NCBI GenBank assembly: GCA_023249285.1
Contig: JAHFCZ010000005.1
Location: 1 to 35,471 of the forward strand
Length of the DNA: 35,471 nucleotides
Direction of reading: 5' to 3'
DNA from: a bacterium
GTDB lineage: Bacteria > Margulisbacteria > Marinamargulisbacteria > SXXA01 > JAHFDB01
Shown here: positions 28,648 through 35,471 of the stretch, piece after piece
How the letters are laid out: every line of letters begins with the position of its first letter
How positions within the stretch are numbered: the stretch's first letter is position 1
The notes under the pieces: model-generated
What the model saw: only the letters and a program-made list of their open reading frames with translations
Told to the model about the DNA's origin: nothing
Databases searched by the model: none
Translations under genes and position numbers: made by a program

Positions 28648-29482
28648 AGTCCCGATTAGTAGCCTCACCACCTTTCAAAATGAGGGTACGGTGCGAGAAG
28701 TGGTGAGTGTGGACACGCTTGCCGACTTACGGTCTTTTTTGGAGACGCATCGGGTCTTTTCGATCTTGGGGAAGGGCTCCAATACCCTCATTAATCCCGA
28801 AACCTCGATCCCCACTTTTTTACAAATTTCACCGCAATGGCTGCCCCCTGAGGTCCGTCCGGGAAATCGGCTGTTGGCCGGGGCCGGATGCACGGTCCAT
28901 CAGGTGATGAAGGCCTGCGCTACTGCGGGGCTCACCGGGCTGGAATTTGCGGCTGGGGTGCCGGCCTCGATCGGGGGCATGGTGGCGATGAATTTTGGCT
29001 GTTATGGCCGCGACGTCTCCCAGGTTGTCACCCGGGTCCAGGTCGTCACGTTTTCGGGGGAGGATCTGTGGTTGGCCCCCGAAGAGCTGGGGTTTGGCTA
29101 TCGGCATAGTCGGGTTCAAACGGAGCCCTGGATCGTAGTGGCGGCTGAATTTCAGCTGGAAAGCGCGGATATGGACACTGTGAAAGCCACCCAGGCCCGG
29201 TTTGTGGCCGATCGATTGGCCAAACAGCCCTTGCGAGCCCGGACCTTTGGGAGTACGTTTAAGAACCCCCCCAATCAGTATGCTGGGGCCTTGATCGAAT
29301 CCATCGGATTTAAGGGCAAGCCGGTGGGGGCCGTTGGGTTTTCAGCTCAACATGCGAATTTTTTAGAAAATTTAGGGGGTGGCACCTTTGACGCGGCCTT
29401 GCATCTGATTGAAACGGTGCAGGCACAGGTCTGGGCCACCCATCAGGTTGTGTTAGAAACGGAGGTTAAATTGGTGCGATGA
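28631..29482 (+). CDS. murB: UDP-N-acetylenolpyruvoylglucosamine reductase
   Basis: LGKGSN, GLEFAAGVPASIGG, FGYRHS, KQP, GSTFKNP, HANF, LETEV; start likely ATG 28631. Confidence 0.95.
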   Translation: MQIRSEVPISSLTTFQNEGTVREVVSVDTLADLRSFLETHRVFSILGKGSNTLINPETSIPTFLQISPQWLPPEVRPGNRLLAGAGCTVHQVMKACATAGLTGLEFAAGVPASIGGMVAMNFGCYGRDVSQVVTRVQVVTFSGEDLWLAPEELGFGYRHSRVQTEPWIVVAAEFQLESADMDTVKATQARFVADRLAKQPLRARTFGSTFKNPPNQYAGALIESIGFKGKPVGAVGFSAQHANFLENLGGGTFDAALHLIETVQAQVWATHQVVLETEVKLVR

Positions 29483-30396
29483 TTGCGGAATTTAAATCGA
29501 AACGGATTGCAGTTTTGTGTGGCGGGTATTCGGAGGAGCGAGAGGTATCCTTACGGTCCGGGAAAAATGTACTGGAAGCCCTGCTGAGCTTGGGCTATCA
29601 GGCCCGGATTTTGGACCCCGCCGTTGAGTCGTTGGTGGACGGGTCCTATGACCTTGCGTTTAATGCCTTGCATGGCACCTTTGGCGAAGATGGCGCGGTA
29701 CAAAGCCTGTTGGAACACTGCCACATCCCCTACACCGGGTCTGGACCCCAGGCCTCGTTATTGGGGATGGAAAAAAGTCTCACCAAAGTCATCATGCACC
29801 AAGAAGGTTTGCCGACCCCCCCGTTTCAGATCGTGACGCGGGGGACCCCTCACCTTCCCATGACACTCGCATTTCCGGTGATTGCGAAGCCCGTGTCCTC
29901 CGGCTCGAGCGTGGGGACCCTCTATTGCGAGACGCTCCCCGATTATCAACGCCACATTGCCACGCTATTGGCCCAATACGGCACCTGTATGGTCGAGCCC
30001 TATATCACCGGGCAAGAGATCACCATTAGTGTCCTTGACCTGCCCAGCGGTGCGAAAGCCCTCCCCATTTTGGAGTTGATTCCGAAGAATAAATTTTATG
30101 ATTATGAGGCCAAATATACCCCGAATATGACCGAATTTGTGATCCCGGCTCGGCTGGATGCCGCCACCACGCAACGCTGCCAGGCTATGGCGGTGAACCT
30201 TCATCAGCTGTTGGGATGTCGGGGGATGTCCCGCACGGATATGATCGTGCACCCCCAATTGGGCCCGCAGATTTTGGAAATTAATACCACGCCGGGCATG
30301 ACGGATTTGTCGGACTTACCCGCCCAGGCGCAGGCGGAGGGGATTTCGTTCCCGGCCCTCGTCGAGATTATTTTGGAAAGTGCGCGTCGTCCATGA
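29479..30396 (+). CDS. ddl: D-alanine--D-alanine ligase
   Basis: GGYSEEREVSLRSG, LHGTFGEDG, FYDYEAKY, LEINTTPGMT. Confidence 0.97.
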   Translation: MIAEFKSKRIAVLCGGYSEEREVSLRSGKNVLEALLSLGYQARILDPAVESLVDGSYDLAFNALHGTFGEDGAVQSLLEHCHIPYTGSGPQASLLGMEKSLTKVIMHQEGLPTPPFQIVTRGTPHLPMTLAFPVIAKPVSSGSSVGTLYCETLPDYQRHIATLLAQYGTCMVEPYITGQEITISVLDLPSGAKALPILELIPKNKFYDYEAKYTPNMTEFVIPARLDAATTQRCQAMAVNLHQLLGCRGMSRTDMIVHPQLGPQILEINTTPGMTDLSDLPAQAQAEGISFPALVEIILESARRP

Positions 30397-31172
30397 CCGA
30401 GCCCAATTATCGGCGACGAAGACGGTTTACCCTCCTCATTTTAGGGCTACTTTTAGGGACGGGCTTGTGGTGGGGCTATGCCCAGCTTTCGCAATTCCGG
30501 GCCCTGCAAATCCATGAGTTTCGGGTGATCGGGGCTGTGTACTGCCCACCAGAGCGGATCCAGGCCTTGTGTGCCCCCTATCGCAACCAGAACGTGATTA
30601 CGACTTTTTTGTCGGGACGATTGAAACGACGGTTGAAAAAGGCCTTTCCGCAAGCCCAAAAAATCGCCATTTGGCCGCTGTTCCCTTCGGTATTACAGAT
30701 TAAAATCACTGAAAAAACCCCGTTTATTACCCTTGCAGGGTCCACCGAGATGGTCGTGGTTGCCCAAGATGGGACGGCCTTGCAGCGCCTTAACCCTGCC
30801 TGTGCCGCCAGTGCCAACCTGGGGCTGGTGGTCCGTGGGATCCCGCCACGGTGGGCCGTCCCCAAAGTCCCCCCCAAAGCCATGGTCAAACTCGTAACCT
30901 TGGTGGAGGCCCTCCAGCATGCGCAAGGGCTCGACCATCCAGTCATTGTGATCCACCATTTGAGCTTGGTACCGTCCAGTAACCGGGACGACATTGTCAT
31001 ATTGAAAGATGGGATCCTGCCCATTAAAATGGGATCTCTAGATCAAACATCCCAAAAATTGGCCGCTGCTGCCCTGTTTATCACCCATCACCGGACCGAA
31101 GCACCCAGCAAGAACATCGGGTATATCGATGTCCGCGTGCCACACCGAGTAATCGTCAATTATGGCTTCTAA
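30393..31172 (+). CDS. ftsQ: Cell division protein FtsQ/DivIB
   Basis: Basic N-terminus plus one TM helix, POTRA-like region (FPSVLQIKITEKTP), C-terminal YIDVR; lies between ddl and ftsA. Confidence 0.82.
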   Translation: MTEPNYRRRRRFTLLILGLLLGTGLWWGYAQLSQFRALQIHEFRVIGAVYCPPERIQALCAPYRNQNVITTFLSGRLKRRLKKAFPQAQKIAIWPLFPSVLQIKITEKTPFITLAGSTEMVVVAQDGTALQRLNPACAASANLGLVVRGIPPRWAVPKVPPKAMVKLVTLVEALQHAQGLDHPVIVIHHLSLVPSSNRDDIVILKDGILPIKMGSLDQTSQKLAAAALFITHHRTEAPSKNIGYIDVRVPHRVIVNYGF

Positions 31173-32382
31173 TATACTCTCTAGTCGCGCTTCAAAGCTT
31201 GTCATGGGTCTAGACATTGGCTCCACCAAGATTTGCGCCTGTATCTGCGAAATTGGGCCCTATGGCGACATCCACGTCCGGGGCTTTGGCACCAGCGCGA
31301 GCAGTGGGCTGAATAAAGGAAAAATTGTCCATGCCGAGGATTTGCAACGGTCCATCGAGAAGGCCATTCAGCGAGCGGAGCTGGCGGCAGGGGCACGGGT
31401 GGATCAAGTCCTCACCAATTTACCGGTCCTGGAAACGGCCTTTATGCACAATACGGGGCTCATTATCTCCAAGGAAGAATCGGGCAAAATCAGTGAGGCC
31501 GAAAAAATCGAATGTCTGAAACGATCCAAGGCCATTTCCAAGGCCACCGACCAGACCGTCCTGCACATGATTCCGCTCTATTTCAAAGTCGACGACGCCA
31601 TGGTCCAGAACCCTGTCGGGGTGTCCGGCACGCATCTGGAAACCCAAACCCATATTATTTTGGTGGATACGGACCAGCTCAATCAAATCACCTTTATGCT
31701 CAAACGGTTGCGCCTCAAAATTGCCGGAATTGTGTATGACGGCTTGGCCGCAGCCCAGACTATGCTCAGTGACAATGAACTCAAAAATGGGGCCATTGTG
31801 ATGGATATGGGCGGACGCTTTACCAAGGTCGGCATTTTTAAAAATGGACTCTTGCAGCGGGCCTCCGTCATTCCGATTGGCGGCGATACCATTACCCAAG
31901 ACATTGCCCAATGCCTCAAAACGTCCATCGGGGAGGCTGAGCGCATTAAGATTTTGAAAGGGGCCGTGAATTTTAATCAAATTAATCCCGGGGAATTTGT
32001 GGAGATTCGGACGGACAAAGGCGAAAAGACCTCGATTCAACGCCGACTTCTGGCCCAAATTATTCATGCTCGGGTGACTGAGTGGATGACCCTGATCCAA
32101 CAAGAAATGTCCTTTGATTTTGACCCGCATTACTCGATTGCATTGGCGGGACGGGGCAGTCAACTCACGGGGCTGGATCGCTATGTCGAGCAGACCCTCA
32201 ACCGAAAAGTGCGGCTGATGTCGGATACGTTACGGGACCTCGGGGACTCCCCCGAACATGCCTCGGCCATTGGGGTGGTGGTCTATGGCCTTAAGAGCCG
32301 AGCCATCGCTGTGTCCGCACCGCCGCCGCCCTCCCAAGATCCCTTCAACCGATTCAATTCCTGGATCCGGGAGTTTTTCTAG
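31162..32382 (+). CDS. ftsA: Cell division protein FtsA
   Basis: GLDIGSTKI, NPVGVSG, MDMGG, IPIGGDTITQDIA, AERIK, LAGRGSQL, C-terminal amphipathic RFNSWIREFF. Confidence 0.95.
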   Translation: MASNILSSRASKLVMGLDIGSTKICACICEIGPYGDIHVRGFGTSASSGLNKGKIVHAEDLQRSIEKAIQRAELAAGARVDQVLTNLPVLETAFMHNTGLIISKEESGKISEAEKIECLKRSKAISKATDQTVLHMIPLYFKVDDAMVQNPVGVSGTHLETQTHIILVDTDQLNQITFMLKRLRLKIAGIVYDGLAAAQTMLSDNELKNGAIVMDMGGRFTKVGIFKNGLLQRASVIPIGGDTITQDIAQCLKTSIGEAERIKILKGAVNFNQINPGEFVEIRTDKGEKTSIQRRLLAQIIHARVTEWMTLIQQEMSFDFDPHYSIALAGRGSQLTGLDRYVEQTLNRKVRLMSDTLRDLGDSPEHASAIGVVVYGLKSRAIAVSAPPPPSQDPFNRFNSWIREFF

Positions 32383-32505
32383 AGACTGTTGACAAATTAA
32401 TCTGCTGCGTTACCCTGATTCTCAAAACTCCTCATTGAGGACCCACTCAACTCCGGGTTTTTCGCATCAGGCATGCCTTGCATCTTGAATTTGTCGACAG
32501 TCTCT
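32381..32505. mobile_element. 125-bp palindromic MITE-like element
   Basis: Terminal inverted repeats AGAGACTGTTGACAAATT (32381-32398) and AATTTGTCGACAGTCTCT (32488-32505), 17/18 match; nested internal stems; too short to encode a transposase. Confidence 0.7.
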
Positions 32506-32512
32506 GGGCCTC

Positions 32513-32561
32513 TTGCTATTTATTCACCGATTTAATACTATTTCAGTGAGTTTATTCACCG
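32513..32561 (+). promoter_or_regulatory. Predicted sigma70 promoter with two 11-bp direct repeats
   Basis: TTGCTA 32513-32518, 17 nt, TACTAT 32536-32541; TTTATTCACCG at 32519-32529 and 32551-32561. Confidence 0.5.
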
Positions 32562-32646
32562 TTTTTAGTGGGAATTTAGAGAATTCTATCCTTTCGGAGC
32601 GTGTGAAGTGGGGGGTATAACCACCCGTGTATCATTCGTTTCTAGG

Positions 32647-35471
32647 CTAAGTGGGTTCTGGCGCAACGGTCGCATGTCCGCCAAACGGCCACCATGTTTT
32701 TTTCGGTTTGAGGGTGAATTTGTCTGCTTTCCCCGCTGCTATGTAGAGGGCTTTATACCGTTTATAGTCGGCGGGCTTGAGCGATGGCCCGTCACAGGGA
32801 ACCCCCAGTTGAATCAGGGCGGCAAGGGTACGTTGGACCTGTGCTTCATACCTTTGTTGAAACGATTCGCTCGCAAATTGCTGGCTTTGACACATGTCGA
32901 TTACCTCCTCCAACGCCCAGCCTCGCATCATGTCTTGACCCTCTTTGGTTGCGGCTTGTCTGTTGAGCACGTTTAACGCCATTATTGCATAGCCACATGT
33001 CATCTGGTCCGAGAACATCGCGGCCATTTCTGCTAGCTTCACCACTTTTTCGTAGCGGTCGAGGTCATGTGCAAGATTTGCCCACTCTAACGGAGAGACC
33101 TCCTCAGGAAAAGCCGCCATTAACTTTAGTGCGTATTCCCGCCACATGGGCTGTTGATCCTGCCTGAAACTTCTGGCCATTTTTGCCAAACAAATCCGGC
33201 GTGATGATGGATGGAACCCTTTCTCCAAGAGTGCATCCATAAGGCCGGTGTCCTGCTCGCGGATGGCCCTGAGCCAGCATGAATCCCATCCTGCGCCAGG
33301 CTGTGTCTTTTTTGGGGTTGCCGCAATGAGCTCCAAGAGCCTTGCGCGTGGATACTCTGTGTCTGCCACCAAGGATTGTACGTGGTCCCACAACGCCTTC
33401 GCATCCTCTGGGGTCAGGCTCAGTACCAGGTCATATTTTTCTTTAATGGCCTCCCCCGTTTTAAACGCATTCCACTTGTACGTTTCGCGCAACATCATTT
33501 GGCGGGCGGGCACGTCACAGCTGTCTAGCACCCCCAACCGCACGAGCTGAGTGGCACAAACATCCCCAAGGGAAAAAGGGTGAAATTCATAGTTTGTCCA
33601 ATTTACAGATCCCACTATCGCCGCTAGCCTGTCCCGCTCTTGTTGCTCTTGGACGGTACTCAACTGCCTGTTTTCATCTGCAATCACCTTAGTTTTGGTC
33701 TGGATTTTAGAGTCTAGTTTCGCAATTTGTTTTTGGGTGTCTGTTATTCGCGCTACCCACAAATCGAAGCCTAGTGGCGGGACTCGGTTGCGGAGATCCA
33801 CCTGACTATAGAGGGTGCGAGGCTCGGGCGGCTCACCGGCCATGCCCAATGGGCACCCCAGATCCATGAGTTTGAGCATGGTCGGGTAGTCTTTGGTCAT
33901 GACCGCCGCTTCCATTGCCGTTTCAAAGGCCGCTTTACAGACGTCATTCTCCGGATCATAGGTGACGCCCAAATGTGCCTGCAACACCAAAAAATGCGCC
34001 AGACTGCACGCTGCAGCGCTCATCAGCATCGCGTTTTGAGGTGAGCTGGGCAGGGTTGCCCATCGTGTCTTAAAATCGTGGCGGGCTAAGAGTGACTCGA
34101 GTTCGGCCACCGTTTTATCATGGATGACCCTTTCAAGGATACGGTCATATCCTGATCCTGTGGGATTTGCACCCATCCTCAGGGCCAAAACATGCGCATC
34201 CTGCCCGTATCCCCACCATTTGTTGAGCTCCGCTTCGGTTGGTTTGGCACCCAGCTCTATTAAAAGCTTGGCAACATCACTGCCTGGGGTAGAGTCTGGT
34301 ACGAAGAGGCCCTGCCAGTCTATGGTGTCGCGGGGGCAAAACGTCCACAAGTCTCGGATGCGTTGTAGGTTCCATTGATGCTGAAGTCCCTGTTGGGTTA
34401 CGTGCCCTAGCCCATATGCGCTGAGTATTTCGCTTAATCGTCTTTTTTCGGCAGTGTACGTTGGAAGTGGAGCCCGACGCGCGTGTAGCTGTGCTTCGAC
34501 AATCGTTCGGGCCCAGGGTGTATTCCAAATATCGGGCTGAGAGATACCACCCCGCCAGGGTTCTTGCGCCGCAGATAGGGGATCTTGGAGCACACCTTGG
34601 AGCACCTCCGTGGGTTGCGCTTTTGCCCATTTTACAAGCCCCGCCTCGTCTTCGAGCATGAGGATCATCATGATCCTCGACTCCCCTTTTGGCCAGAGCG
34701 ATCTTGCCAGGTCATAGGCCAAAGATTTCAATTTCGGGTCAGCCGACATACGTTTAAGCCCCCTGAAGCAGAACGCTGTAGCCTCTTCTGTTGCCGTACC
34801 GTCGACGTCGTGCAGCATTAAATCTGCGATTGTGGATTTGAGTCTAAATTCAATGGCCACCTCAAGGAGGGTGGTCCAACACAGGTAATCACTCAAAATA
34901 CTCGCGTCTTGATGGCACTTTGCAATCAGGCTTTTCCACGGGAATTTTTTCGCTTGTCCGGCCTGACACGCATTTACCGCCGCATCTTTGACTTGCTTGG
35001 GTGTCCAGCTAAGGATCACCCCTGTTTTTAGGGCCGTACGGACCCCTGATATCGATAGATCTACCGGCTGCTGCGATGCAATTTCGAGTAATGTTGCCGC
35101 CACTGCATTCGCATACGGGGTCTTGGGATTGCCTGTGTTTTCTTGGTATCGCGATTGCATCCCTAATTTCTCAATGAGTGTGCTGGCTTGTAGATAAAGT
35201 GGCGGATTGGCTTTCAGAAGTGTAAATAAGACAATATCCACAAGGGCATAGTCATTGAGAGCGACTTGGGGGCCTAAGGTCTGACAAACCCGATCCAGGT
35301 GTCGGGGGTCTGTGGCGAGACGCTCGAGTTGGAGGGTTTGCAATGTCACTAAGGCGTTGGACTGTTCTTGGGGGCCGCGGAGCGCTTGGGTCATGAGCTG
35401 TAACACTTGGGGACGAAGGGCGTCGTCTTGCAGGCCGAATCGAAGGACATCCAGCAGCTGGTTCGGGGTGA
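32647..35471 (-). CDS. Large helical protein with degenerate ankyrin-like repeats and a coiled coil; 5' end off-window
   Basis: Frame stays open from 35406 to the window edge. Segments VAKLLIELGAKP, LALRMGANP, AAVMTKDYPTMLKLMDLGCP, AIREQDTGLMDALLEKGFHP; heptad stretch ITDTQKQIAKLDSKIQ...QEQQERD. Confidence 0.7.
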   Translation of the reverse strand, partial: TPNQLLDVLRFGLQDDALRPQVLQLMTQALRGPQEQSNALVTLQTLQLERLATDPRHLDRVCQTLGPQVALNDYALVDIVLFTLLKANPPLYLQASTLIEKLGMQSRYQENTGNPKTPYANAVAATLLEIASQQPVDLSISGVRTALKTGVILSWTPKQVKDAAVNACQAGQAKKFPWKSLIAKCHQDASILSDYLCWTTLLEVAIEFRLKSTIADLMLHDVDGTATEEATAFCFRGLKRMSADPKLKSLAYDLARSLWPKGESRIMMILMLEDEAGLVKWAKAQPTEVLQGVLQDPLSAAQEPWRGGISQPDIWNTPWARTIVEAQLHARRAPLPTYTAEKRRLSEILSAYGLGHVTQQGLQHQWNLQRIRDLWTFCPRDTIDWQGLFVPDSTPGSDVAKLLIELGAKPTEAELNKWWGYGQDAHVLALRMGANPTGSGYDRILERVIHDKTVAELESLLARHDFKTRWATLPSSPQNAMLMSAAACSLAHFLVLQAHLGVTYDPENDVCKAAFETAMEAAVMTKDYPTMLKLMDLGCPLGMAGEPPEPRTLYSQVDLRNRVPPLGFDLWVARITDTQKQIAKLDSKIQTKTKVIADENRQLSTVQEQQERDRLAAIVGSVNWTNYEFHPFSLGDVCATQLVRLGVLDSCDVPARQMMLRETYKWNAFKTGEAIKEKYDLVLSLTPEDAKALWDHVQSLVADTEYPRARLLELIAATPKKTQPGAGWDSCWLRAIREQDTGLMDALLEKGFHPSSRRICLAKMARSFRQDQQPMWREYALKLMAAFPEEVSPLEWANLAHDLDRYEKVVKLAEMAAMFSDQMTCGYAIMALNVLNRQAATKEGQDMMRGWALEEVIDMCQSQQFASESFQQRYEAQVQRTLAALIQLGVPCDGPSLKPADYKRYKALYIAAGKADKFTLKPKKTWWPFGGHATVAPEPT

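Noticed and set aside
25754-32163. Long antisense ORFs (25754-26419, 26508-27008, 31420-32163)
   Set aside because: Shadows of well-supported plus-strand genes in GC-richer sequence.
32519-32561. Direct repeats as a CRISPR remnant
   Set aside because: Only two 11-bp copies, and no cas genes in the window.
32608-32976. 122-aa plus-strand ORF after the orphan promoter
   Set aside because: Almost entirely antisense to the large ORF and has no recognisable motifs.

Overview
Bacterial genomic window in three parts. (1) 1-3160, minus strand: a lasso-peptide-type module with its own predicted promoter, made of a PqqD/RRE (B1) gene, a B2 leader peptidase fused to a nucleotidyltransferase, and an ABC exporter cut by the left edge. 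No precursor or lasso cyclase is visible. (2) 3186-23932: a visibly AT-richer surface-glycan locus with two divergent arms. The left arm encodes phosphonate biosynthesis (PEP mutase-cytidylyltransferase fusion, phosphonopyruvate decarboxylase, Fe-alcohol dehydrogenase, a second cytidylyltransferase, CDP-alcohol phosphotransferase) plus a PhyH dioxygenase, methyltransferase, putative transferase, ABC flippase, GT2 and deacetylase. The right arm encodes neuB-neuC, a HisF/HisH/N-acetyl-sugar amidotransferase trio, neuA and an O-acyltransferase. The two arms appear to share one palindromic -35 box. (3) 24070-35471: a degenerate PcrA/UvrD-like gene, queE, a hypothetical gene, murC-murB-ddl-ftsQ-ftsA (no ftsZ follows), a 125-bp palindromic MITE-like element, an orphan promoter, and a large convergent ankyrin-like protein cut by the right edge. 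All calls come from motif recognition by eye; no searches were run.
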